Part shown: positions 1 through 8,118 of the stretch, in pieces | How positions within the stretch are numbered: the first letter of the stretch is position 1 | Layout: every line of letters begins with the position of its first letter | IMG/VR virus record: IMGVR_UViG_3300023218_000188 | Coordinates: 1-33,099 of that record | DNA length: 33,099 bases | Strand: one strand, 5' to 3' | Source of the DNA: a virus | Lineage: Duplodnaviria; Caudoviricetes | Translations under genes and position numbers: made by a program | Notes under the pieces: generated by a model | Told to the model about the DNA's origin: nothing | Seen by the model: the letters and a program-made list of their open reading frames with translations, nothing else | Databases searched by the model: none

Positions 1-1
1 C

Positions 2-676
2 GACGACAGCCTGCTGCGCCGTCGCGTGGAGCGCGCGCTGCGCAACCGGCGCGCGGCGCGGCGCGACGCGCTGGGCGTGGTGGTGGAGCAGTTCGTGCGC
101 GTGCTGGTGCGCGAGGGCCCGCGCGACACCAACCGCTTCGTGCGCGCCTACCAGCAGGCCGCCAACGACCTGGGGCTGGGCCCGTTCCTCGTGCTGGACG
201 TGGTGCCCGGCAAGGACGTCGCGCGGCGCGAGCGGCTGGTGCGTCAGCTGCGCAAGTGGAGCGCGATCGTGGACCTCAACGAGCGCGCCGGGCGAACAAC
301 CTACAAGGGCGTGAAGCGCACCGGGCCGGACAAGAACTACCTGCGCGCCGTGCGGCTGCGCGATAGGGCGGCGAAGGAGCTGGCCGAGTTCGCCGAGAAC
401 AGCCTGGTGATCGGCGGGCGCAGGGGGTCGCGCGGGGTGGGACAGCTGGCGACGGTGCGGACGAAGATCTTCGGCGGCAAGGGCCGGTGGATCGAGGCCG
501 GCGGAGACCTGTTCGCCGAGGTGCGCAACCTGGAGCCGCACGCGCGGATCGTGCAGCGTCGCACGAAGATCATCAACCGCGGGCTGGGCGCGGCCGGGCG
601 CGGCGCGCTGCGCGTGGTGGGCGCGCGGTACGTCCGCCAGCTGGCCGAGGGCACCGACTGGCGGCGGGCGGGGTGA
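2..676 (+). CDS. HK97 gp10-like tail completion/neck protein (5' partial)
   Basis: The frame is open from base 2 (DDSLLRRRV...). Basic protein with GPRDTNRF and VRNLEPHARIV segments resembling the PVDTGxL / VxNxxxYAxxVE motifs of that family. Confidence 0.5.
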   Translation, partial: DDSLLRRRVERALRNRRAARRDALGVVVEQFVRVLVREGPRDTNRFVRAYQQAANDLGLGPFLVLDVVPGKDVARRERLVRQLRKWSAIVDLNERAGRTTYKGVKRTGPDKNYLRAVRLRDRAAKELAEFAENSLVIGGRRGSRGVGQLATVRTKIFGGKGRWIEAGGDLFAEVRNLEPHARIVQRRTKIINRGLGAAGRGALRVVGARYVRQLAEGTDWRRAG

Positions 677-683
677 GGCGGTC

Positions 684-1148
684 GTGACGCGCGACGCGCG
701 GCCGGCGGTGCCCGGCCAGCCCATTCTGGCCAGCGAGTGGAACCGGCTGGTGGCCGCGGCGACGGCGGCCATCCGCGCCGGACAGGGCGTGGAGGTGCGC
801 AGCGGGCCCGAGGGTCTGACGATCTCGCTGGCCGAGGGCGCGCGGCCGATCGAGACGCCGGCGAGGATCGTGGAGGTGCTGGGCCCGCCGGCGGGCGACG
901 AGCCCACCGCGCTGAACCTGGGCTACCGCGCCGCGCGGGCCGGCCTGCCCGATGACGCGGCGGTGACATTCGAGCCGGCGCGCGTGGTGAACCGGCCGGA
1001 CTACACCGGCGACGCCGTGCTGGTGCCGGCGCGCGTGGGCGACCCGTGCGCGATCCGCCGGTGGTTCGACGAGGGCGGGCCGCTGCCGTACCTGGCGGTG
1101 TGGACCGAGGCGTTCGCGCTGGATCTGGCGTGCGAGGACCCGCCGTGA
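684..1148 (+). CDS. Putative distal tail/baseplate protein
   Basis: GAGG RBS, packed in the tail operon. N-terminus PGQPILASEWNRLV...GQGVEV...GLTISL is typical of tail-tip proteins. Confidence 0.55.
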   Translation: MTRDARPAVPGQPILASEWNRLVAAATAAIRAGQGVEVRSGPEGLTISLAEGARPIETPARIVEVLGPPAGDEPTALNLGYRAARAGLPDDAAVTFEPARVVNRPDYTGDAVLVPARVGDPCAIRRWFDEGGPLPYLAVWTEAFALDLACEDPP

Positions 1149-1167
1149 GCGGGCGGAGGGCGTGACC

Positions 1168-1503
1168 ATGGCCGACGCGGCGGGCGGGCGTGCGCCCATG
1201 ACCGTGCCCGACCTCTCGCAGGTGGGCTGGTGGCGCGCGGTGTACCTGGGAGAGGGCGTGGCGACGGTGGTCGTGCACGCCCGGGCGAGCGCGGCCGCGC
1301 AGGGCGCGCTCGAGGTCGCGCTGGGCGTGACGCGCGAGGACGCGGACTTCAGCGTCGGCGTGACGCTGACGCTGGGGGCCGGTGGGTCAGACCAGACCCA
1401 GCGGCTGGACGCGCGCGCGACGCCCTGGCTGCACGTGCGCGTGGCGCAGGCGCAGTCGGCGGCGGGCGCGGCGATCGTTGCGATCGGCACGAGCGAGCGG
1501 TAG
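1168..1503 (+). CDS. Hypothetical small beta-rich virion protein
   Basis: GGAGGG RBS at 1155-1160 before ATG 1168; operon context. Confidence 0.6.
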   Translation: MADAAGGRAPMTVPDLSQVGWWRAVYLGEGVATVVVHARASAAAQGALEVALGVTREDADFSVGVTLTLGAGGSDQTQRLDARATPWLHVRVAQAQSAAGAAIVAIGTSER

Positions 1504-1535
1504 CGCGCGCACCGACGCGCTGAAAGGCGGCGAGC

Positions 1536-2354
1536 ATGGCACGTGTGACGTGGGTGGGACCGGGCGGGGGCGACTGGTCGCAGACGCCGGTGGACGGCGA
1601 CGACGGCGTCTTCGGCGATCTCGCGCAGAGCCTGACGACAGGGCTATCTGGCGTGAGCGGCGTCAACTGGGCGTCGCTGACCATCACGCCCGAGTTCCGC
1701 GGTGACATCGGCACGCCCAACGCAGGGCTGCAGGTGGAGGCCAGCGGGACGGGGCGCGTCATCAATCGCGGCTCGGGCCGGCTGGTACACCTGACGGCCG
1801 GCGCGGTCGAGGACGTGGGTGGCGTGAACCACAGCCCGGCCGCCGGCGGTGAGATGGTGCTGACGGCGATGAGCGCCGGCGCCATCAGCGCGCACGGCGG
1901 GCGGCTGGTGATGGGCGAGGACGTGCTGGGCGACGTCTTCGCCGGCGGCACGGCGCTGGTGCGCGTGCTGGGGGCGCCGATGGCGACGATCGGCTTCCTG
2001 CGCGCCGTGGCCGAGGCGCAGGTGGAGCTGCACCGCGACGTGCAGACGAGCCTGCAGATCGGCGGCCGGGCGACCGTGGCCGAGGCCCGCGACGACCTGG
2101 AGCACGCCGGGCTGCGCATGACCGGCGGCCGGCTGGTCAAGCGCGGCGGCACGCTCACCACGCCGCTGCTGCACGCGGGCGTGCTGGACTGCTCGCGCGC
2201 GACGGCCGACGTCGCCGTGACCGGCGGGGGCGAGCTGGGCCAGGACCTGGTGATCATCCCCCCGCCCTCGCCGTTCGAGCTGTCGTTCACCGGGACGTTC
2301 GCGTTCTTCGGCGATCCACCGCAGGGCTTCCCGGGCAGCTTTGTGCTGGCCTGA
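1536..2354 (+). CDS. Gly-rich beta-strand protein, putative tail/adhesin component
   Basis: N-terminal TWVGPGGGDWS and repeated GG-x-L turns suggest a beta-solenoid; tail context. Confidence 0.55.
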   Translation: MARVTWVGPGGGDWSQTPVDGDDGVFGDLAQSLTTGLSGVSGVNWASLTITPEFRGDIGTPNAGLQVEASGTGRVINRGSGRLVHLTAGAVEDVGGVNHSPAAGGEMVLTAMSAGAISAHGGRLVMGEDVLGDVFAGGTALVRVLGAPMATIGFLRAVAEAQVELHRDVQTSLQIGGRATVAEARDDLEHAGLRMTGGRLVKRGGTLTTPLLHAGVLDCSRATADVAVTGGGELGQDLVIIPPPSPFELSFTGTFAFFGDPPQGFPGSFVLA

Positions 2355-2356
2355 GC

Positions 2357-3469
2357 GTGGCACCGTACCGCGTCATCCACGGCGCCGACGGGCGGGTGTG
2401 GCGCACGGGCGCCGGGCGGCTGGCGACGACGTGCACGCCGCTGGACTGCTGCGAGCCGCCGCCGCCGCCGCCGCCGCCGGGCGGCGAGTGGATCGAGGCG
2501 ACACTGTGCGAGTGCTCGGAATCCAGCACGCCGCGGGCCTACATGGACGTGGAGGACGTCATCGCGGCCGGCGGCATTGGCGTGTGCCCGACCGGGGAGC
2601 TGGGCGACGGCAGCTGCTGGGAGGTGTTGGTTGGAGCCCCGCGCACGACAACGAAGCCTCCGGACGACCAGATACTATTTGACGTCAAGGACCGGTCGTG
2701 TTGCGAGTGCTGCCCGAGCTGCCAGAAGGGGACATTGCTGCTGAACCGCGCCGGCGGCTGCCCCGATCCCTTTTGGGAGCGGGATATCGAGCGGGAGGTC
2801 TGCTGCGAGATCGACAGCAACGCGGTCGAGTTTGAGGGCATGGGCGTTGTAACGTTTTTCGGAGTCTTTTGCCCCGTAAGCTCAATCTACGAGTGGTCCC
2901 TTATGTGGCGCGGGGGCGTGAGGCGGATTGATTGGACGCTGAAACAGTTTGCGCCGAGAGACGACTGCCCGATGGATTTGACCCAGGGCGAGCGCAGCCG
3001 AGATCGGAACACAGAGTGCGATACACCCTATTCTGCGTCGTGGCAGGACGCGAGAACCGCGAGATCTATTCCGGAAGCGGACCCATCCGTATGGGCAGGG
3101 TTTCTCGGGAGTCCCAGCGAGTGTTTGATCCCGCCGGACTGCCAGAACTCTGTCATACTAAACTGGAATGAGACGCCGGGGCTCTCGGCGTTCTCGGCAC
3201 TGGAGCGCAGCCCTGCGAGAGATTGCGAAGTGCGCATCGAGGCCAGCGGCATCATCACCAGGCGCGTTGTGGGCGAGATCGGCTCCGCATGCGACAGCCA
3301 GTGCGTAGGGTCGAGCCTCCAGCGCCCGATCGGATCTTTTCGCCGGACGCGCAGGGTTGGTGGCGTGCTGGTGCCGAGCTACCAGACCGATAGGTTGCGC
3401 AAAGTTATTCAGATAGCCAACGCGACCGGCCGCGGCTGCGCCGGCTGTGGCGAGGACGGCGGGCTGTGA
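2357..3469 (+). CDS. Cysteine-rich putative tail fibre/receptor-binding protein
   Basis: 25 Cys in 370 aa by my count, including CC pairs and a terminal GCAGCG. P8 linker; central part visibly lower in GC. Confidence 0.6.
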   Translation: MAPYRVIHGADGRVWRTGAGRLATTCTPLDCCEPPPPPPPPGGEWIEATLCECSESSTPRAYMDVEDVIAAGGIGVCPTGELGDGSCWEVLVGAPRTTTKPPDDQILFDVKDRSCCECCPSCQKGTLLLNRAGGCPDPFWERDIEREVCCEIDSNAVEFEGMGVVTFFGVFCPVSSIYEWSLMWRGGVRRIDWTLKQFAPRDDCPMDLTQGERSRDRNTECDTPYSASWQDARTARSIPEADPSVWAGFLGSPSECLIPPDCQNSVILNWNETPGLSAFSALERSPARDCEVRIEASGIITRRVVGEIGSACDSQCVGSSLQRPIGSFRRTRRVGGVLVPSYQTDRLRKVIQIANATGRGCAGCGEDGGL

Positions 3470-4038
3470 GTGATCTCGGAGGGGCCAGCCTGCTGGGCAT
3501 GCTGCGGGCCGGCACGGCCGAGCTGGCGCGGCTGGCCCGCGCGCGCGAGCTGCGCCCAGAGCACTGGGTGTGGGCGGTGCGCGGCGCGGGCGCGTACGCC
3601 GCGGCCTACGCGCGCGGCGACCGCGCGCGGCCGGAGCTGGTCGAGCGGCGCCGCGCCGCGTGCGGCGCCTGCGAAAGGCTGACGCCGCGCGCGATCCGTG
3701 TGCGCGACCCGTCGCCGGTGGCGAGGCAGCCTGTTCGCCGTGGCGTGGACGCCATCGCGTGGTACTGCGGCGAGCCGCTTATCGACCGCCGGGCCGACCG
3801 CGGGCCGGGCGGTGGGACATGCGGTTGTTTGGTGGGGCTGACGGTGATGGGCGAGGGGCACACCGCCGCGGGACCGCCCGGGCGCAAGGGCGTGCGCAGC
3901 GAGCGCCACCAGGAGCACGAGGGCGACCCGCTGACACGCGCCGCCGGCAAGCCGCTGGTGGCCAGCGAGGCGTGCCCGCTGGGCCGGTGGCCGGAGTCGG
4001 ACGCGGCAGAGGACGATAGCGAGGAGCGCGACGCATGA
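3466..4038 (+). CDS. Cys-cluster (probable Zn-binding, DUF6171-like) protein
   Basis: RRAACGACE...YCG...TCGCLV...K...ACPLGRW pattern; 4-bp overlaps with both neighbours. Confidence 0.6.
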   Translation: MSDLGGASLLGMLRAGTAELARLARARELRPEHWVWAVRGAGAYAAAYARGDRARPELVERRRAACGACERLTPRAIRVRDPSPVARQPVRRGVDAIAWYCGEPLIDRRADRGPGGGTCGCLVGLTVMGEGHTAAGPPGRKGVRSERHQEHEGDPLTRAAGKPLVASEACPLGRWPESDAAEDDSEERDA

Positions 4039-4406
4039 GTGAGGGCGAGCGCAGCGACGAGGGCCGGCTGGCGCGCATGGAGGCGACGCTGGACCGGGTG
4101 GGCATGGATGTGTCGCGCGTCAGCCGAGTGGTCGTGGGCGACGGCAACGGCCAGATCGGGCTGGTGCGTCGCCTGGACCATTTGCAGGACGACGTGGAGC
4201 GGCTGGGGACGCGCATGGAGGAGCTGGAGGACGAGCGCGAGGAGGAGCGCGCCGAGCGCATGTGGCTGCGGCGCACGCTGGTCGCGGCCGTGGTGGGCGC
4301 TGCGTGCACCGTCGCGGTAGCGGTGACCATCAGTGCGATCGAGGGGACGGGCGGTGCCGGCGACGCCGGCGAAAGGAGCGGAGTCGATGCGGCGAGTGAT
4401 CGATAG
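4035..4406 (+). CDS. Coiled-coil single-pass membrane protein, holin-like
   Basis: Charged coiled coil followed by hydrophobic TLVAAVVGAACTVAVAVTISAI; lies at the end of the late operon. Confidence 0.5.
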   Translation: MSEGERSDEGRLARMEATLDRVGMDVSRVSRVVVGDGNGQIGLVRRLDHLQDDVERLGTRMEELEDEREEERAERMWLRRTLVAAVVGAACTVAVAVTISAIEGTGGAGDAGERSGVDAASDR

Positions 4407-5010
4407 GCGGCGGGTGCGTTGGCTGGTGCTGGCGCTGGTGGTGGGCGCGGCGTGGCTGGTGGTTGCGCCCGGGTGCGCGGCGCTGCCGGGTGGCCGCGGC
4501 GCTGGCGGCGGTGACGCCGGCGCTGTGCAGCGCGTCAGCGATGGCGTGTTGGAGCGGCTGGACACGATCGAGCGGGCCATCGGCGAGCTGGAGCCGGCCG
4601 GGCCCGAGGAGGCAGAGCGCCTGGACCGCGTCGCGGGCGAGCTGGCGGCGCTGCGCGACGTGGTAGCGGCCGTGCGCGACGCGGCCGGCGGCGAGGGCAC
4701 CGCCGGCGAGCGTGCCGGCCGGGGCCTGGACGCGGCCGCCGGCGCCGCGGCGCTGCTGCCCCCGCCCTGGGGCACGGTGGCGGCGGCGGTGCTGGGTGCC
4801 GCCGGCGTGGGGCTGACATGGCTGCGCGGCCGGGGCCAGGTCGGGCGCGTGCTCGAGGCCGCGGGCGAGGTGGTGCGCTCGTGGGACGTCGCTGCGGCGC
4901 AGGACCCGTCGGCGGCCGAGGCGATCGAGCGCGCCAAGCCCTACCTGCGGGCGGCGCAGGGCGCCGAGGCACGGCGGCTGGTGGCGCGGGCGAAGGGCAA
5001 GGCGGCCTGA
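4387..5010 (+). CDS. Putative lipoprotein with a second TM segment (spanin-like)
   Basis: ATG 4387 after GGAG; basic n-region, hydrophobic h-region, APG-C lipobox-like site, helical middle, then the TM segment WGTVAAAVLGAAGVGLTWL. Confidence 0.55.
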   Translation: MRRVIDRRRVRWLVLALVVGAAWLVVAPGCAALPGGRGAGGGDAGAVQRVSDGVLERLDTIERAIGELEPAGPEEAERLDRVAGELAALRDVVAAVRDAAGGEGTAGERAGRGLDAAAGAAALLPPPWGTVAAAVLGAAGVGLTWLRGRGQVGRVLEAAGEVVRSWDVAAAQDPSAAEAIERAKPYLRAAQGAEARRLVARAKGKAA

Positions 5011-5040
5011 AAGCCGGCCCATAACGCGGTGGTGGTGGTG

Positions 5041-5070
5041 CGCGGCCCTGCGGGGCCGCGTTTTTTTTTT
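5041..5070 (+). terminator. Rho-independent terminator of the late operon
   Basis: Perfect 8-bp stem CGCGGCCC-tgcg-GGGCCGCG followed by T10. Confidence 0.93.
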
Positions 5071-5080
5071 GGGCAGGGGC

Positions 5081-5109
5081 TGGACGCGGTCGTCCGCCGG
5101 TGATATACT
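5081..5109 (+). promoter_or_regulatory. Sigma70-type promoter with extended -10
   Basis: TGGACG (5081-86), 17 bp, TATACT (5104-09), with TG at 5101-02. Small inverted repeat GGACG-cggt-CGTCC overlaps the -35. Confidence 0.75.
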
Positions 5110-5177
5110 GTCACTGCTGGGCGCGTAGCCCGGCACGCACCCACCCCCGGCTCTCAGCCATGCGGCGCGATTGACCC

Positions 5178-5220
5178 GGCCACCCCGCCCCTTGGCCACG
5201 GGCAAGGAGACTCAGCCATG
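5178..5220 (+). repeat. Leader repeat copy 1 (C-rich hairpin + RBS + ATG)
   Basis: ggccaccccgccccttggccacgggcaaggagactcagccATG, nearly identical to 6485-6526. Confidence 0.9.
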
Positions 5221-6444
5221 TCGAGCATACGCGACCAGATAGTGGGATCGATCGCCGGCGCATGGGGTCGCATGACCGACGAGGAGCGGGCATGGGCTCG
5301 CGATCGCGGCTACGTGGGCGATTACGCGCCCGTCAGCGCCGAGCTGATCGACGCCGAGGGCTGGCGACAGGGCTGGAGCGGAGACGTCGGCGCGGCGATC
5401 GTGGAATATACGGTCCAGCTCCGCGTCGGCCTCGACCGCTACGACCTGGGCGGCTGGCACGTGGTCGGGAGTGACCGTTCCGGCGGCGCCGGCGCATGGG
5501 GCATGTGCGACTACGACGGCATGTACACCGGTCTGCCGCAGGTGGCCGACCTCGAGCGCGGCGACGAGGACGTGTGGTCCATCACTGCCTGCCATTGCGT
5601 GGACGTCGAGATCCCGCGGGCCATCGTGATGGGCGGCCTGGTCCGCCCTGTGGACCCGGACGAGGTGGACCGTGCGATCGAGCGTGCCGCCGACAGCGCC
5701 GACCATGGCCCGCCCCCATCGGACGACGACCTGTCCGCCGCCGACTCAGAGCGGAAGGTCTACTACGCCGTCCGCGGCTGCGAGGTCGTGGAGGTCGAGG
5801 TGATGCAGTGCCGGCTCTACCCGTCCGAGTTCGACCGCGATGGCGACCCCACCGCCTGGGAGGTCGAGGGCTGTTATTTGGCCGACACGGACACGTGGTA
5901 CGATACCCTCGAGGACCTGCGGTGCGGCCACGACTGTGAGGATGAGACCTGGCACGACGACGAGGAGGACGCGTCAGCGGAGCTGGAGCAGGTGCTGGCC
6001 TCCCGGGTGATGGACATCGGCCCTCCGGCCGGCCTGGACATCGAGATCGACAGAGGCGTCGCCTGCCTCTCGGAGGGCGAGCTCAACTACCATCTCGACG
6101 CCGCGCAGATGGCGAGTGTGGCGCTGGCGGGCTACTGGCCGGCCAGCCTGCTGGATGAGATCAGCCGTTCATTCGGACGTCGCGCGACGCTCGACGCTGC
6201 CCGCGACTGGCAGGCTCGATGCGACCGGATCATCGCCGAGCTGGATCCGTACGTCTGGCTGGACGACAGCGTGGCCGCGGGCAACTGCCGATCTGAGACT
6301 GACCGGTTCGCCCGCGTGCTCTGGGCCGACCTGGGCGCGGGTCAGTGTGCGGTGCGTGCCTCTCTGATCCTCGCCCGCCGCGACGACGCGTACACCCGCC
6401 GCGCTGTGCGGTGCGCAGCAGAACGTTACGCCCGCGCGTCCTGA
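5218..6444 (+). CDS. Highly acidic hypothetical early protein
   Basis: AAGGAG RBS; about 20% Asp+Glu and a single Lys by my count; C-terminal DSVAAGNCRSETDRF segment. Confidence 0.85.
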   Translation: MSSIRDQIVGSIAGAWGRMTDEERAWARDRGYVGDYAPVSAELIDAEGWRQGWSGDVGAAIVEYTVQLRVGLDRYDLGGWHVVGSDRSGGAGAWGMCDYDGMYTGLPQVADLERGDEDVWSITACHCVDVEIPRAIVMGGLVRPVDPDEVDRAIERAADSADHGPPPSDDDLSAADSERKVYYAVRGCEVVEVEVMQCRLYPSEFDRDGDPTAWEVEGCYLADTDTWYDTLEDLRCGHDCEDETWHDDEEDASAELEQVLASRVMDIGPPAGLDIEIDRGVACLSEGELNYHLDAAQMASVALAGYWPASLLDEISRSFGRRATLDAARDWQARCDRIIAELDPYVWLDDSVAAGNCRSETDRFARVLWADLGAGQCAVRASLILARRDDAYTRRAVRCAAERYARAS

Positions 6445-6484
6445 CCGCTCACCCCTGCTGGGCTAGCGCCCGGCCTGGGCATTT

Positions 6485-6526
6485 GGCCACCCCGCCCCCT
6501 GGCCCCGGCAAGGAGAATCAGCCATG
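6485..6526 (+). repeat. Leader repeat copy 2
   Basis: ggccaccccgccccctggccccggcaaggagaatcagccATG. Confidence 0.9.
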
Positions 6527-6667
6527 CTGAGCACCACCGCACCCCTCACCACCAACCACCTGCGCCAAGCCATAACCTGGGCAGAGCTGGCCACCGACAC
6601 GCCGCTATCTCCTGCCGACGGCGTAGATCCCCGGTACTACGACCAGGCCGAGTGGGGCGGTCATTGA
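6524..6667 (+). CDS. 47-aa protein absent from the ORF track, possibly truncated
   Basis: AAGGAG RBS in the repeat; MLSTTAPLTTNHLRQAITWAELATDTPLSPADGVDPRYYDQAEWGGH*. Stop overlaps the next start (TTGA). Confidence 0.7.
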   Translation: MLSTTAPLTTNHLRQAITWAELATDTPLSPADGVDPRYYDQAEWGGH

Positions 6668-6867
6668 TCCGGGGTCAACTCGAACCGCACCTGCGCAGAG
6701 CTGGCATCCGGCCGACCGCACGCGCGATCGGCGTGGACCACGCCGTGCTGCATCGCTGGCTGGCGGGCAGCGGCACGCTGCGCGACCACCACGTGGAGGC
6801 GCTGTGCCGACAGCTCGGGCTGACGCTGGTCGTGCGCCCGTATCGCGCGGGTCGGCGGCGCGGCTAG
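6664..6867 (+). CDS. Small XRE/Cro-type HTH protein
   Basis: IRPTARAIGVDHAVLHRWLAG...VEALCRQLGLTL. TTG 6664 is coupled to the upstream stop (alternative GTG 6652). Confidence 0.75.
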   Translation: MIRGQLEPHLRRAGIRPTARAIGVDHAVLHRWLAGSGTLRDHHVEALCRQLGLTLVVRPYRAGRRRG

Positions 6868-7247
6868 CGAGCGGCAGACAGCACCATCAGCACCACCACC
6901 AGGCCGATGGAGCCGACCACGATGGCGGTGGCCAGGTGGACGATGGTGGTCTGGCGGCGGATCGCGCGCGTGTGCTTGCGCAGGTCGTCGGCGGCGCTGG
7001 CCAGCGTGGCCAGGCTGGCGGCGACGTCCGCCAGGACGCGGGCCTGGGCGGGATCCGTGGGCGGGGCGCCCGCCGCGGGCCGCGGGCGCTGGTCGGCGGC
7101 GGAGGCGGCGACAGGGCGCAGCTCGCTGACGGCGACGCCCTGCTCGCTGAGCGAGCGGCGGGCCTCGGCCTCGCTGTCGGCGGTGAGCTGTTCGTCGACG
7201 TCGGCGCCGTCGGCGATGCGGGCGCCAATCACGCGGTAGGTCGGCAT
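6864..7247 (-). CDS. Membrane protein with PilC/GspF N-terminal-like domain
   Basis: GGAGG RBS (7256-60) before ATG 7247. MPTYRVIG...LTADSEAEARRSLSEQGVAVSEL, then a Pro/Ala linker, a helix and a C-terminal TM helix. Confidence 0.7.
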   Translation of the reverse strand: MPTYRVIGARIADGADVDEQLTADSEAEARRSLSEQGVAVSELRPVAASAADQRPRPAAGAPPTDPAQARVLADVAASLATLASAADDLRKHTRAIRRQTTIVHLATAIVVGSIGLVVVLMVLSAAR

Positions 7248-7306
7248 GGCGGTGGCCTCCTCGGGTCTGCGTTGGCGGCCCGGCGCCGCGCCGGGCTGGC
7301 AGGACA

Positions 7307-7996
7307 CTAGCCCGCCCCGGCGGCGCCGCCACGCCGCGGGGCCGGGCTGCCCGGCGGGGCCGCCGGGCCGGGCTGGCCGGGCTGGCCTGTGTCCTCGTGC
7401 TGGCCGCCGGCGGGGTAGCCGCTGACGCGCGTGACCTCCCAGCCGCCGACACGCTCGGGCGGGTGGTGGACCAGCAGCCGCTCGGCCGCGGCGGTGGCGT
7501 GGCGCTCGCGCTGGCGCAGGTGGGCCATCGCGGCCGCCTCGCCGCCGGCCAGCTGGCCGACGAGGACACGCAGGGTCGTGAGCCAGGCGGCCTCGTCCTG
7601 GCCCGCCGGCGGCCGATCCATGGCTGCCTCGAGCAGGCGGTGCACCTGGTGGCGGCGGGCGGTCAGCTCCCGGCTGCCGGCGACCGAGGCGGCGCGGGCG
7701 CGCTCGGTCGCCTCGCCGGCGGCCAGGGCGTGCGGGGCCAGGGCGCCCACGTCCAGGCCCGCGGCGGCCAGCAGCGGCTGGGCCTGCTCGACCGTGAGCG
7801 GCGACTGGCGGCCGATGGCCTCGAGTATGGCGACGAGGTTGGGTGGCGTGATGGCGGCGGGGTCGCGCTCGGCGCGGTAGACGGTGCGCACGCTCGTGCC
7901 GGCCAGCTCGGCCACCTCGTGCTGCGTCAGCGCCCGTACCTCGCGCAGCTGGCGCAGCACGCCGCCGAGATCGTCGCGCGAGATCGGCGAGTTCAT
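7307..7996 (-). CDS. XRE-family transcriptional repressor (CI-like)
   Basis: LGGVLRQLREVRALTQHEVAELAGTSVRTVYRAE is a canonical XRE HTH; divergent from the early genes. No S24 peptidase domain visible. Confidence 0.8.
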   Translation of the reverse strand: MNSPISRDDLGGVLRQLREVRALTQHEVAELAGTSVRTVYRAERDPAAITPPNLVAILEAIGRQSPLTVEQAQPLLAAAGLDVGALAPHALAAGEATERARAASVAGSRELTARRHQVHRLLEAAMDRPPAGQDEAAWLTTLRVLVGQLAGGEAAAMAHLRQRERHATAAAERLLVHHPPERVGGWEVTRVSGYPAGGQHEDTGQPGQPGPAAPPGSPAPRRGGAAGAG

Positions 7997-8112
7997 GGTG
8001 GATTTGATCCGATCGGGGAAAAAAGTCGTGGGGGGCGCTTGTTTTTGGGCGGCCAATGGCCGATACACTGTGTATGTTGGCCGGCGTATGGCCGGCGCGG
8101 GACCACGGGAGT
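7997..8112. promoter_or_regulatory. Divergent control region with candidate operator
   Basis: Locally AT-rich intergenic DNA; palindrome ATACAC-t-GTGTAT (8063-8075) flanked by GGCCAA (8051-56) and TTGGCC (8077-82). Confidence 0.55.
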
Positions 8113-8118
8113 ATGGCG

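Noticed and set aside
2357-3469. Diversity-generating retroelement target
   Set aside because: No reverse transcriptase and no template/variable repeat pair seen.
5178-6526. Leader repeats as attL/attR or a CRISPR mini-array
   Set aside because: They contain RBS and start codon, are 1.3 kb apart, and no recombinase or cas gene is present.
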